Counted from the first letter of the stretch, positions 17,621-31,915 are shown. The stretch: DNA of 64,000 bases from the human T2T-CHM13v2.0 reference genome, Homo sapiens (GCF_009914755.1 NC_060929.1); one strand, 5' to 3'. The notes: generated by a model not told the origin, from the letters alone. Numbers and translations: made by a program.

Positions 17621-18231
17621 GGAATCTCTGTGAGCCCTAGTCAGTGCCACATCCCCACCCCACCGCCAAGGCCATGTATAAGCTGGTGTTGACCTGGCAG
17701 GATGAGAGTGTCTGGAACCCACCTTCTGTGGCTGGTAGCATGCCAACCTTGAGCCCGGCAAGCCATGAGCAGGCATAGCATGGCGGGAAGCTGCTGTGAG
17801 ATGTTGGCTACGAGTTCGATATCTTCTTCACCTCAGTGCAAAAGAAAGTGACCTGGACCCTCTGGGCAGTGCTAGATGCCATTGGCCAGAGGTGGCTGCT
17901 TGTAGTGAGGACTTGGCACCTCAGTGAGCTGCACTATGGTGGTCTGACCAACCCAATAAACACAAACTACTGCCAAGCATGCTGAGGCTCAGGTAAAGAT
18001 CTGGAGGTGCTCCTATGCTGTCCTACCACCTCTGAAGGAGCCTGACCATCCCTTCTACAGCAGTGTCAGTAAGGACTGCAGGTATGCAGATCCCACTGAA
18101 GATCAGCTACCCACCTGTGAGTCTGAAGGACACTACTGCCAGAGCTCTGCCCTTTTGGAATGAAGAAATAGTTCCCCAGATCAAGGAGGGGAAACAAGTA
18201 CTGACTGCAGCCCATGGCAGCAGCCCTGGGG
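17621..18231 (+). pseudogene. Processed phosphoglycerate mutase 1 (PGAM1) pseudogene, 3'-truncated
   Basis: PGAM1-like 5'UTR (tcagtgccacatcccc); ATG mutated to AAG at 17668; peptides [29 protein letters not shown] and [33 protein letters not shown]; intronless; catalytic RHG motif reads WQD; stops at 17736 and 17776; frameshifts. Confidence 0.95.
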
Positions 18232-18240
18232 AACTTTCAT

Positions 18241-19256
18241 TTGGGGAGGTATCTCCCAGTCAGAAGTCATGGGGATCAGAACCCACTTGAGGTAGTCTGT
18301 CCCTTAGCAAAGCTAAAGTGCTGTGCTGGGAGATCCTCTGCTCTCTTCAGAGCTGGCAAGCAGGAATGTTTAAGTCCACTGAAGCTGCACCCACAGCCAC
18401 CCCTTCCCCTAGGTGCTCCGTCCCAGGGAGATGGGAGTTTTATCTATAAGCCCCTGACTGGGGCTGCTGCCTTTTTTTCAGAGATGCCCAGAGAGGAGGA
18501 ATCTAGAGAGGCAGTCTGACTACAGTGGCTTTGCTGGCTGCGGTGGGCTCCACCCAGTTTGAACTACCCAGTGGTGGCTTTGTTTACACTGTGAGGGGAA
18601 AACCGCCTACTCAAGCCTCAGTAATGGTGGACACCCCTCCCCCTGCACCAAGCTGAAGCATCCCAGGTCGACTTCAGACTGCTGTGCTGGCAGAGAGAAT
18701 TTCGAGCCAGTGGATCTTAGCTTGCTGGGCTCCGTGGGGTGGGATCTGCTGAGCTAGACCACTTGGCTCCCTGGCTTCAGCCCCTTTTCCAGGGGAGTGA
18801 ATGGTTCTGTCTCGCTGGTGTTCCAGGTGCCACCTTGGTATGAAAAAAACTCCTGCATCTAGTTCCATGTCTGCCCAAATGGCTGCCTAGTTTTGTGCTT
18901 GAAACCCAGGGCCCTGGTGGTGTAGGCATCCAAGGGAATCTCCTGGTCTGCGGGCTGTGAAGACCGTGGGAAAAGCATAGTATCTGGGCCGGAGTGCACC
19001 GTTCCTCACAGCGCAGTCCCTCATGGCTTCCCTTGGCTAGAGGAGGGAGTTCCCCAACCCCTTAAGCTTCCTGGGTGAGACAATGCCCCACCCTGCTTGG
19101 CTTGCCCTCCATGGGCTGCACCCACTGTCTAACCAGTCCCAATGAGATGAGCTGGGTACCTCAGTTGGAAATGCAGAAATCACCCACCTTCTGCGTTGAT
19201 CTCTCTGGGAGCTGCAGACCAGAGCTGTTCCTATTCAGCCATCTTGCCAGCCACCC
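18241..19256 (-). mobile_element. Isolated L1 5'UTR (L1PA7/8-like); ORF1/ORF2 body absent
   Basis: Minus strand begins ggtggctggcaagatggctgaataggaacagctc (YY1-site L1 start); ~1 kb of typical 5'UTR ending at the pseudogene. Confidence 0.92.
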
Positions 19257-19464
19257 CTTTTCTGTGTTTTAAAACATAAAATTGTAATGTTATTTCCAGG
19301 GCTTGTGTTTGGCCTGTGCCTACTCATATAGCTGCATGTCAAAATATTGAAATAGTTTCACAGAGATTGGATCACTGTTGCTGCCTCCAGTTCCCCTAAT
19401 GCCCTCTCAGAACCTTAGCTGGCCCAGATATCTTCTGTATCCTCCCCTCACCAACCTCCCCATT

Positions 19465-19940
19465 ACAGTTTGCAAAAATGATCACATCACTTCCTTCTCT
19501 ATCTCCACATCCCTTTGCAATATGACTTGTGTTTTTTTTTCTATCAAGAGGCAGAGTGTCTTTGTTCAGCCCCTGAATATGGTCTGACCTTGAGACATAA
19601 CTTGGTGAATAGAATGCATATAAAATTAGTTATTCAAATAATAAGCCTAATCCTAAACAAGCCTTGTGCTCTCTCTAGAAAACACACTCCACAATCGTAA
19701 GAACAAGCCCATGATACCCTGCTGGGGCATGAGAAACCAAGTGGAACAGAGATGAACCATCCCAACTGAGGCTGCCTCAGACCAGACTGAACTGGCAGCT
19801 GACCAAAGATATAGGAGTAAGCCCAGCTAAGATCAGGAGAACCAGCTGAACCTAGCATAAATTTCTGATTCTCAGATTTATGAGCTAACTAGATGGTTAT
19901 TGTTTTAAGCCTCTGGGTTTAGGGATAGTTTCTTATGTAG
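19465..19940 (+). mobile_element. MaLR LTR (MLT1G/H-like)
   Basis: cccagctaagatcaggagaaccagctgaacctagc...ggttattgttttaagcctctgggtttagggatagtttcttatgtag. Confidence 0.7.
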
Positions 19941-20131
19941 ACATATTTATTATACATTTGTAATATTGCACATACTTTATAATATTATGTACACAGAAAT
20001 AAATAATATCCCAACAATCCGGCATTTAAAAGGGTATCAACTGGCGTAACTGAGGTCCTCCAGAAACCTGCTCCCATGCTAAATCTCCATTTTGATTGGT
20101 AGATCCCATGATGCAACAATAATTGTATTAG

Positions 20132-20469
<338 letters not shown>

Positions 20470-20470
20470 T

Positions 20471-20611
20471 GGAGAGTGCGAACTTTTACATTTTTAAAAT
20501 TCTATATTGAGTTTGAGTTTGTGAGTCCGGTAAGTAGAAATTACACTTTAGGCTGTACAGTATAGAAAGATTTGTCACATTTCACCAGATGTCTGAAAGG
20601 ATCCTGGTACT
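20471..20611 (+). repeat. Copy B of the diverged ~140 bp direct repeat
   Basis: Shares gtaagtagaaatta, gtcacatttca and aaggatcctg in the same order with 17360-17498. Confidence 0.85.
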
Positions 20612-20894
20612 GAAACAATCCTAGGTATGTAAGTAAAGTATATTATTATTAATACTTGTATGCCTAGCTGTCATAATTAATTTGTTAATTGTAATTAGAA
20701 ATAATTTGATGATATTTTAGAAAAATTTCTTAAAAGTTTAATTTACTAACTAAAATTTATTTTTAGTAATCACTGTTCTCTCACCAAAGTTAAACAGAAA
20801 GAAAAGCTTTCTACTCAAGTTAAATTTCTTTCTAAGCAAAACTGAGTAAAAAAAGAAGACAAATAACGTGAATTCAAAAATGGATAAAAACCAA

Positions 20895-21562
20895 TGAGCT
20901 AAAAATTTCAGTTCATAAAAAAACCTCCACATGGATGTTTATAGCAACTTTATTCTTAATTGCCAAAAGATGGAACCAAATAAGGTGTTTTTCAATCATG
21001 AATAAAAAAATACACTGTGGTATATCCAGATAGTGGCATGTTGTTCAGCACTAAAAAGAAATGAGCTATCAAGCCATGAAAGACATGGAGGAAACTTAAA
21101 TGCTTATTACTAAGTGAAATAAGCCAGTCTGTAATGGCTATATACTATATAATTCCAACTATATAACATCGTGGAAGAGGCAAAACTATGGAGACAATAA
21201 AAAGATCAATGATTTCCAGGAATTTAGGGGAATGGGAGATCAATAAGTGGAGCATTAGAGATTTTATGGCAGTGAGACTATTCTATATAATACTATAATG
21301 ATAAATACATGTTGTTATACATTTGGCAAAACCCACAGAACAAGAGTGAACCCTAATGTAAACTATAGATTTTGACTGACAATAATATAACAAGATTGGT
21401 TCATCAGTTGTAACAAACAAACCACACTAGTGTGAGATGTTGTTGGCAGCGGGGGCTGTCTGTGGGGTGGGGGCAGGTGAGTGGTATATGGGAAATTTGT
21501 ACTTTATATTTAATTTGCCATGAGCCTAAAACTCCTCCAAAACATAAAGTACCTGTCTTTAA
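20895..21562 (+). mobile_element. L1MC1-like 3' end
   Basis: atgagctatcaagccatgaaagacatggagg...gtgaaccctaatgtaaactat...gagcctaaaactcctcc. Confidence 0.85.
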
Positions 21563-21569
21563 AAATTTG

Positions 21570-22370
21570 ATAAAAGACTTGAACATATTCTTTATAATGA
21601 CTGATCAATGAGAACATGAAAAAAACTTCAACTTTATTAACTCTTCGGAAATGCAAACCCGAAATACAATGAAATACCACCATGCAGCCTCTAAAATGGC
21701 CAACATTAAAAAGACCGTCAATACTCAGTGTTGGCAAGGATGTGGAGCATCTAGACCCTTCACACATTACTAGTGTAAAATGACACAGCCACTGTTTCTT
21801 GTAAAGTTAAAACATGTGCATACTCAGCAATTCCACTCTTTAGTACTTACCCACGAGAATTGAAAACATATGTTAATAAAAAGATGTGTGTACCAGTGTT
21901 CACACCAGAACCCCCAAACTGGAAACAGTCCAAAAGTAGGTACACCAACTGGCAAGTGCATAAACACATTTTAGTATGTTCTTACCATAAATTCTGTTAA
22001 GCAATAAAGTAAAATGAACTACTGATATAGGCTGTGACATGGATGAATCTCACAGTCATTATGCTGAGCAAAAGAAGCCATACACACAGTAAAGATGGTG
22101 TGATTGCATTTAGATGAAATTCTATAACAGGCAAAACTAACCGATAGTCATGAAAACATGTCAGTGGTCATTTGCAGGTGGATGGGAAGGAGAGGAGAGA
22201 GATTGAATGCACAGAGGCAGTGGGGAGCTTTCTGGGAAAATGCCAATGTTCTGTATTTGGAATAGGCTAGTGATTATACAGAAGTACATTTGTCAAATAT
22301 AAGACACCTACCTGTACCATTAAAATGTGCGATATAGTGTATATAAATTCTGCCTTGATAAATAAGCAGA
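21570..22370 (+). mobile_element. L1ME-type 3' fragment
   Basis: tgttggcaaggatgtggagca...catggatgaatctcacag...aacaggcaaaactaa. Confidence 0.75.
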
Positions 22371-22619
22371 TTTTTAAAAATATTCTTCTGAAGTCAGATT
22401 TTAATTCTAGAGACAGAAAAACGTATCCCATGTGCATGGTAGACATTGCTCATCAATTATGATGTACCTTTCAGCTTTCCAGGCATGCAAACACAGTGCT
22501 CCAGGCAGCCACCGTGGGCCATTAGGATTAGCCCAGTCCTTGAAACCTCTTTGCCATTCTAGGCTAAGGCCATCCTAGGCTATACCTACCAGATATGCCT
22601 ATGCCCCAGAACAGGAAGC

Positions 22620-22795
22620 GTGGCTGGCTTCATAAATGTACAACATATGTGGTCACACAAAGCCCTCACGCTTGTTATGGCCTCATGTCTGGTTTAATGT
22701 TCTACTATCATGGTCTTGAAATTCTTAATAGATTTCTAATAAAGGTCCCCTCATTTTCATGTTTCACTGGGTCTTGCAAATTACATAGCCTGGCA
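22620..22795. mobile_element. MER91A-like hAT-Tip100 MITE
   Basis: ggtttaatgttctac...tcttgaaattcttaata...cattttcatgtttcactgggtcttgcaaattacatagcc. Confidence 0.65.
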
Positions 22796-23243
22796 GCAAG
22801 CCTCTGAATCATAAAGCCCCTGAAACTGGTTCAACTTTAGTTTTTAGTCTTTAATTACGATCTTTGTATCTGTATATACAAAAATAAAATTAATTCCTTA
22901 ATGCTTTTCTTTCTCAATATCTGGTACTCTTTCTCAGGTCAAAGCAAAATACATTGAAGTATCTTTATTAATTAGGATAGATATTATGTTCTCTTTTGAG
23001 TCAAAAAGCAGTAACTGCTAATTTAAATGGGTTTGATTTCCAAAAATCCTTGATTTTTTGTTTTTCCACGGGGCATCTTATAAAAAGGCCAGGCTCTTTA
23101 ACTACCTAGGAGTTTGGAAACACAGGATGGGACATTTGGATGGTGGATGACTCAGTTTGTATTCTTTCTATTTGAATCCTATTCTTTTCATATCTTTAAC
23201 ACCTGTAGCAGGATAAAGTAAAATAATTTTTGTACTGTTATCA

Positions 23244-23672
23244 TGTGTTGAGTTGTGTTTCCCCAAAAGACATTGAAGTCCTAACTCCTAGTACCTGCGA
23301 AGGTGACTTTATTTGGAAATAATGTCTTTGCAGATGATCACGTTAAAATGAGATCACTGGATAGTCCTAATCCAATATGGCTGGTATACTTACATAAAGG
23401 ATAAATTTGGACATACAGAGAGATTGATGCAGAGGGAAGAAAGTGTGAGAGCACAGGGAGAACGCCATCTACAAGCCAAGGAAAACCTGAGACTACCAGA
23501 AATTAGAAGAGATCCATGGAACAGATTCTTCCTCAGAGCTTGCACGAAGAACCAAAGATGCCAACACCTTGACCTCAGACTTTCATCCTCCAGAACCGCA
23601 AGACAATCAATTTCTGTTGTTGAAGCCACTCAGTTTGTGGTACTTTGTATGGCAGCTCAGCAAACTAATATA
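23244..23672 (+). mobile_element. MaLR LTR (MLT1B/C)
   Basis: ttgaagtcctaactcctagtacct...tttggaaata...tttgtggtactttgtatggcagc...aaactaata. Confidence 0.85.
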
Positions 23673-23889
23673 GCCATTGAAATTGAAGGGCAGAAATGTA
23701 TTATAACAAATTCTAAGATAAATTATGGGGCTTTTGTTTTCTTCTCCATTGCTCACCCTTCTACACATAATGTCTTTGTTTCCTCATTACGCCCTTAGTG
23801 AATTTTCCTTGGGTTACCATGAAGGTCCAGGAGGTAATTTGATGTGATAACTGTCAGAATGTGGTCCACTTACTGCCTTCATTAAAGTC

Positions 23890-24035
23890 ACGAAGAATGA
23901 TTGTTTAAAATGCAGGTTTCTGAGTCTGAGAGCACAAGTACAAAATTAGATTATTTGGGAAAGGATAGCCCAGGAATCTGCATCTTTTAAAAGTTCTCCA
24001 GGTGATTCTGAAGTAATTAAAGTTTGGAAATCACT
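23890..24035. mobile_element. MER5-type MITE
   Basis: aaaatgcaggtttctg...cccaggaatctgcatctttt...ccaggtgattctga...aaagtttggaaatcactg. Confidence 0.7.
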
Positions 24036-24245
24036 GAAGGAATCTTTGGCTGGTTGGCTAGTGCCACAATAGGAAATAATTCACAGATAGTGACAACCTG
24101 TGCCTTCTCCTGGGTGTATTTCTATGCTGGAATTAAACGGGAAAGATACCCCTTTCCCATGAAAAAGCTACTTGGTACATTCTTCGTTATCAGAAACAAC
24201 AGAGGAATTCCTAAAACGAGAACCTTCCTATAAGCCTATTCCTAA

Positions 24246-24618
<373 letters not shown>

Positions 24619-25142
24619 TAATTATGGTAATTTTTAACTTACCCTTTACTACAGAAAACCAGGTTAACACAAAGAGGTTGTTAGCTAGACTTGCCTTCTT
24701 AAAATTACTTTAGGGCAGAAAACTACTATGCATCATCAAAAGTTGACTTCTTGCTGCTCCAAAGCTCAGTAGGACCTGCCTTGGATAGGCTAGAAAATTC
24801 AAGGCTTCCAACCATTCTTTCTGTTTACCTCTTGGTAGAGTGCTCTTATGTAGTGCATTAAGTTCATAATGTATAGGAAAAATTACTGTACCTTAAAAGG
24901 TGGGGAACCAAATCCAAGACAGAATGAGGCATGTGTAGAAAGGATCAGGCTGCGAAGTCACAAAAGCTTTGTTTGGGCCAAATTTGGAAGTCCCTAGGCA
25001 AACCTGGAATTCCCCTAAGTTTCTACTGGGAAGTGGCTTAAACTCCGACATGACTTTGATCTTATTTATAAGACAAATGGTGATGCTGGAATTCCACTCT
25101 AGGTCTATCTCCTCAGTTAAAAGTGCAGAAAATAGCATTTCT

Positions 25143-25851
25143 TTCTTTTTCTTTATTTCTTCTAAAACAAAAACAAAAACAAAAATGGGATACATGTGCA
25201 GAACGTGCAGGTTTGTTCCATAGGTATACGTGTACCATGGTGGTTTGCTGCACCTATTGACCTGTCCTCTAATTTCCTTCCCCTCAGTTCCCATCTCCCT
25301 CAGACCCTGGTGTGTGTTTTTCCCCTCTCTGTGTCCATGTGTTCTCATTGTTCAACTCCCACTTATGAGTGAGAACATGCAGTATTTGGTTTTCTGTTCC
25401 TGTGTTTGTTTGCTAAGGATGATGGCTTCCAGTTTCATCCATTTCCCTGCAAAGGACACGATCTCATTCCTTTTTATGGCTGCACAGTATTCCATGGTGT
25501 ATATGTGCCATGTTTTCTTTATCCAGTCTATCATTGATGGGCATTTGGGTTTGTTCCATGTCTTTGCTATTGTAAATAGTGTTGCAGTAAACATATGTGT
25601 GCATGTGTCTTTACAGTAGAATGATTTATATTCCTTTGGGTATATATCCAGTAATGGGATTGCTGGGTCAAATGGTATTTCTGGTTCTAGATCCTTAAGG
25701 AATCCCCATTCTGTCTTCCACAATGGTTGAACTAATTTACATTCTCACCAATAGCGTAAAAGCATTCCTGTTTCTCCACAGCCTCACCAGTATCTGTCGT
25801 TTCCTGACTTTTTAATAATCACCATTTTGACTGGCTTGAGATCTACCCAAA
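25143..25851 (-). mobile_element. 5'-truncated L1PA 3' end (L1PA8/8A-like) with a 16-bp TSD
   Basis: ORF2 C-terminal peptide (PFDPAIPLL...WMKLEAIILSK) on minus; TSD agaaaatagcatttct at 25127-25142 and 25852-25867. Confidence 0.92.
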
Positions 25852-26459
25852 AGAAAATAGCATTTCTAGGAACTTATTTGTCTTGCTGAGATCAGCTACC
25901 ACCATCTTTGGAGTCTGGTGCATTGGTGTACTTGTTTTCAGGTTTAAACCTCGGGTTACTTGCCTGAGGAAAGGGAGTTTTAGGGTCTCTGGCTGAGAGA
26001 TATTTATTAACATGTGACATAAAATTTTAGTTGGGCATTCCAAGGAAAATGGATCTTTTGTTGAGAACACAGCTTCTTTTTTTAATACCATTTTCTAATT
26101 CAGAGATAATATCTTCTCCTTTCTACCTTTTTAGGTAAAAAGTCAAATGTAAGATACAAATGAATCTAAATCAAATTCATTTTTCACATAATCACAGCAC
26201 TGATTTTCATGGCTTGAGCAAATTAGACCATTGGGGTACTCTCAACCACTACTCCTAGACATGAAATTTTAATATGCTGTTTGTTTAGACCTTTTTCCTT
26301 TGGTTCAAATTCCTCAGTACTTTACTGTATTATATTTTAATTAGTATAGTGAATTTCTAATTGTCTTTTCAATGCTCAAGTTCAACAGGTAAATGTTTGA
26401 AAAATGTTCCCTGGCACTTTCCCTCTCCCATCTCAACCCTAAGGTCTCATGCAGTTGTG

Positions 26460-26555
26460 GTGGTATGGTGTGGGCCTGTGCTTGTGTGTATGTACACGCG
26501 TGTAACATGTGCCTGTGCATGTATGCATGTGTGCATGTGCCTGTGTTTGTGTGTA
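26460..26555. repeat. Degenerate (TG)/(CATGTG) simple repeat
   Basis: Alternating purine-pyrimidine tract. Confidence 0.7.
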
Positions 26556-27546
26556 GGGGGCAGTGTTTGAGATTTGGAGGGAGTGAAGGGGTTACTGTTT
26601 GTTTCCCTGAGGAGTATCTATTCAAATTTATGCTAAACATATTTTTCTTTCTCAATTCTGTTTTAATTTAATTATTTGGACTTGTAAAATAATTTTAGTT
26701 TTTACCCAAAACATATGACTTTGTATCATTAGCCCTTTTCATACAACTCAAAAATAGAGACATTTGTCCAGGAAAGGAAGAGAACAGAAACTATTCGGTT
26801 TTTAAATTCAAGTTTCAAGAAAAATTTCAGATTAACAGGTAGAAATAACTCCAGGTACTTTCTTCCCAAACAAGTCAACATTGTCAACCATAACAATTTT
26901 ATATGGGCTCTTACTTAGTGAAATACATAAATATTATTTATTAGAATAATGGTTTTATAAGATTAGGTTTTGGTCCTAAGTGCCATGATTTCTTGTTTTA
27001 AAGGAAAGTTTTCCAACAGTGCCAACTATTCCATAAACTGACTTATAGTTTTTATTTTTTTATTCCAATTTACTTAGATTTAATGAATAAACATCACATA
27101 ACCATGGTGAACTGTCTTTTATTACCACCAAATATAAGTGATTAGTATTTTACAATAGAGAAATTTATAGCATTTAACAGTATATTTCGTAATATATATA
27201 TACTATATAACCATAGTATCATTGGACTGACCAAGATATAGGATGGGTCTTTGTATACAGACTATTTTTTATAAGACGACTGAGAAATAAAGGGAGAAAA
27301 ATAAATGCTAGGAATAAAGTTTAGGTACATAAAACAATTTTAATATCAAAATTCATCAACCATAATACCATTTGAAAGAATATGATGAAAAGTGCTGCCT
27401 ATGTGGACTAGAATTACTATTGTTTGTCTTAGGAAAATCAACAATTCAGTATCTTGTCTTAATGTTGAAGCAAAAATAGGAGGCTTGGTCATTATTCATA
27501 AGGTACCAGGAAAAGACTACTGGTTCATTTAAAAATAAACTAGGTT

Positions 27547-27672
27547 TCGGGAGGCTGAGGCAGGAGAATGGCGTGAACCCTGAAGGCGGAGCTTGCAGTG
27601 AGCCAAGATTGTGCCACTGCACTCCAGCCTGGGCGACAGAGCGAGACTCCATCTCAAAAAATAAAATAAAAT
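27547..27672 (+). mobile_element. 5'-truncated AluY (right arm only)
   Basis: gggaggctgaggcaggagaatggcgtgaaccc; perfect 15-bp TSD aaaataaactaggtt at 27532-27546 and 27673-27687. Confidence 0.93.
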
Positions 27673-28131
27673 AAAATAAACTAGGTTAAATGTAAAATGA
27701 TAGGCCATAAATGACTACTAAATTCTCCTCCCCCAAAAGAAATGGCCGTATGTTGTGTTATTCCAGATAATTCTGTTATTCCAGGGAAAAGACCGTCCAA
27801 TCTTACCAAAAATAACAAGCAAACAAATATACAAAATCAAACAATAACAACAACAACAAAATTTAAAAAGCAACAACCAAATTTAAAAAGCAGCAACAAA
27901 ATTATGTGACAATTAGTTTAGTTAGTACCGAAACTACAGTGAGAAACGCTATAAAATTGCTTGTGTACAACAACACAACAGTGCACTGCAGTGCAAGTTT
28001 CTTTTTGGCATCCCTCTACAAAAAATTGAAGTATATGCATACTGTTGCTTGTTCACTAAAGTCATAAGTAAGGATGTCCAATGCCATTATTCAGGTCTTT
28101 TGGCTGAATATCACTCTTGGGAAAGACATAG

Positions 28132-28438
<307 letters not shown>

Positions 28439-29145
28439 GACTTCCTTCTTAATAAGCAGTTTCCCATTAACAAGTTCTGTTTTATAGTGAACGTGAACTA
28501 GAAAGAAAATTTGCCTCACTGGTTCTTGGTGGAACAAAAAAATAGTTTCAGTCACCTCCCTCTTGAGCAATCCAGGCCATGTTTTATGTTACCTAAACCT
28601 ATTTAATTAATGAGGTATAGATTTAAAACACAGTACATTCTTACCGTATTTAGAAAATATTTCTATGTTCTAGAATCACATCCCAATTTTAATATTTTAT
28701 ATGTAAATCAATTTTACATAGGGTGGATTTCTTTCAAAGCACCGTGTTCCACAAAAACACATGCTTTGTATATAAAAGTCATAAGGCATTTCATTTGAAA
28801 TTGTATTCTATATTTTTCTAGAGATATTCTGTATTTAATTTAAGGCTGTATTTTATGTTTTTCTAAAAACATTCTGGATTTGTTGAACAGTAATTGCACG
28901 GGAAGAATTGGGCTTGGACTTATATCATTTTTTATTTTGGCTTTTTCTTGTGTTTGCTAGTCATGAGATCTGCACCAACTGTCTCTCTCTTCTCTAAAGA
29001 TGGAATTCTATAAATTTGTATGGTCTATAGACCGTCTGTCTTTGAATTGTGGTATGCTTATCTAGAATTTCCTTGTGAAAACAAAGTTCTTCTATATCAA
29101 GGAGTGAACTCAGGATGTAATTCATTTGCTGTAGAGAAAAAGTAT

Positions 29146-29434
29146 CTTTTTTTTTTTTTTTTTTTTTTGAGATGTAGTCTCACTCTGTCACCAGGCTGGA
29201 GTGGAGTGGCACGATCTGGGCTCACTGCAACCTCTGCCCCCAGGTTCAAATGATTCTCCTGCCTCAGCCTCCGGAGTAGCTGGGACTACAGGTGCATGCC
29301 ACCACACCCAGCTAATTTTCTTTCTTTCTTTTTTTTTTTTTTTTTGTATTTTTAGTAGAGATAGGGCTTCACCATGTTGGCCAGGATGGTCTTGATCTCT
29401 TGACCTCGTGATCCACCCGCCTCTGCCTCCCAAA
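29146..29434 (-). mobile_element. AluSc-like, 5'-truncated, expanded middle A-linker
   Basis: ctgtcaccaggc and gatctcttgacctcgtg diagnostics; TSD gagaaaaag(t/c)atct. Confidence 0.9.
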
Positions 29435-29859
29435 GGAGAAAAAGCATCTGTTTCCAGACAAGATTAGGTGGTAGGACACCCAAAAACAGTCTTGCTAGAG
29501 GAAAGAACATAGGCACCAAGACACAACACTGTTTTCCTCTACAATCTTCCTTCTCTTTCACAGATAAAGACAGCTCCTGTCATAGATCAACTCTGTAAAT
29601 TTACCAATGAGTCACATCCAATAAACTCCTTCAATCTTGTACAGAAGTGCCAAAAATGTAACCAACTACAGAACTGTATTACTGTCTGCTTCCATTTGAA
29701 TATGTGAAAATGAAAAATTATAAAGAAATTCTGCTTTCTTATTCACGACAAATCTTGATTGAACCTTAATAATGGACAAACAGCTATTTTCAAGGCTACT
29801 CTTGAAAAACACTGATCTGAGAATATATTTTCAGTTCTATTTCATGTAGAACCTCATAT

Positions 29860-31188
29860 TCAAAAAGTCTGAACCTAAACTCATGTTCTTCTCCCTACCT
29901 GGCTTTTCTTCTTGTAACTGCTACCTACCAACCCAAGTTAGAAACTTGGGTGTATCCCTGACTCCTTACTCTTTCTTGATCTTCAAATTTAACACATCTA
30001 TGCATCATCATTTCTTACTGATTTTACTTTTTAATTAGTTCTCCAGTCCATTTAATTCTCTCCATATGAACAGCCATCAACCTAATTGGAACTCTTATCA
30101 TCTCTCTATTGGACTACTCTGCTCATATCTGAATTGGTTTCCCCTCTCCAGACTTAGTACCCTCAAGTTCATCTTCAATGCAGCCAACAGAATGAGATAT
30201 TGGATAACTGATAATGTCACTTCTGAATTGAGAATACAACTGTGTTCCCTTACTATGCATTATATAATAAAAACAAAGCTCTTTAATATTCCTTTAAAAA
30301 CCTTATGGAATAGTACTTACCTTCATTTCCAGTTTACAAAACTTTGTGCATTTTATTAATTATACTGGTTACTCAATCCTCTTGTCTCCTCCTCCACTAG
30401 TCCCAGCCCTGATCCACGAACCTAATTTCCAAGCAGACCCTTTAAGCTTCAACTCAGATGTAACCTTTGCTAGGAAGTTTTGTGTCATTCTCACTCACAC
30501 TCTGAGCTAATGTAAATGTCTTCCTCTGGGTTTCCAAAATATTCCTTAAATATCTCTAATATTGTATTTTCTACATGGAATTATAATTTCTGTTTTGTTT
30601 CCCTCATTAGAAGGCTGAAGCTAAAACATTCATCCTTATGTTTTACAGAATACCTGGCACAAGATAAATGCCCACTCAATGTTGCTTCAATTTAGTTTTT
30701 AACAAGTCATGGAGCTTAGCTGGAAGAATACAAAACCTCAGGATATATTACTTACAGAGACTGAAAAAGTTACCTTTTCATCAGTAAACCAAGTGATAAT
30801 AATTTCTAAAGTTCAGAGCTGCTATGAAGATTAAAATTTTAAAATAGAAGATAAAGTACAACCTTTATCCTAAATAAGTCTATCCCTCCTTCAGGGCTTC
30901 CTGTCTCAGTAAGTGGGTCCTCCACTCATTCTACTTCTTCTACCAGGATTTTGATATCAGACTTTATATGTTCTTTTTCCTCCCTCCTCACATTAAAAAT
31001 CATGTTGATTCTAGCTCAAAAATATATCTGGAATCCTTCTATTTCTTTGTGTTATCTCTACCACTATCCTTGTCTAGGACATCATCTTTGGACACCTGAA
31101 GACTCTGGACACCTTGAGAGTACTGTAACTTGCTGTTTCTACTCTCATTCTTGTCCTTTTTCAATCTTTCCTTATTTCACCAGCCAGA

Positions 31189-31234
<46 letters not shown>

Positions 31235-31915
31235 AGTCAGGGTCTCGCCCTGTCACTCAGGCTGGAGTGTAGTGACATGATCTCAGCTCACTGAAACCTC
31301 CACCTCTGGGGCTCAAGTGATTCTTCCACCTCAGCTTTCCAAGTAACTGGGACTACAGGCAAGTGCCATCTAACCAGCTAATTTTTTTGTATTTTTTGTA
31401 GCGACAGGATTTTGCCATGTTGCCCAGGCTGGTCTCAAACTCCTGGGCTCAAGCAATTCACCCATCTTGGCATTCCAAAGGGCTGGGACTACAGGTGTGA
31501 GCCACCATGCCCACCACAGAGTAATCTCTTAAAGATAAAAATTTTATCATATCCTTTTATTGCTTTAAACCTTATAAAGACTTTGCATTTTCTGGAATAA
31601 AACCCTTCACTTGGCTGACTCCTACTGAACCTTCTCGAGTTAAATGTCACAGCCTCAAGAAGGTCTTGCCTGACTCCCAAGTCTTAATTAGCTTCCTGTT
31701 CTATCATAGCACACTAAATATTTTCTTCTTAATATTTAGCATAATTATGATAACATATTTATTTTTATCTGCATATTTATGATTTGACTCTGTCACTAAA
31801 CTATATGTCCCACGAAAACAGAGATGCTATTTGTCTTGTCACTACTTTATTCTCAAGGGCTCAGTACAATACCTAACATATACCGGATTCTAAATATGTA
31901 TCTGTTAAATAAACG
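29860..31915 (+). mobile_element. Fragmented L2 relics (interrupted by AluJ)
   Basis: tctgaacctaaactcatg, ttcaactcagatgtaacc, tacctggcaca, ctaaatatgtatctgttaaataaa L2-type motifs. Confidence 0.55.
31193..31516 (-). mobile_element. AluJ with tail converted to a (CT)n microsatellite
   Basis: (TC)n at 31193-31230 then antisense AluJ; TSD aga(a/g)taatctct. Confidence 0.9.

Noticed and set aside
18214-18519. 101-aa ORF spanning the PGAM1P-L1 junction
   Set aside because: It is out of frame with PGAM1 and almost entirely antisense L1 5'UTR, with no evidence of expression.
18624-18656. L1 ORF0 equivalent (ATG GTG GAC ACC CCT CCC...)
   Set aside because: It terminates after 10 codons.
17607-19269. 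Inverted 8-mer aaacacag/ctgtgttt flanking the PGAM1P-L1 block
   Set aside because: Too short, and both are A-rich L1-endonuclease-type target contexts, so it is likely coincidence.
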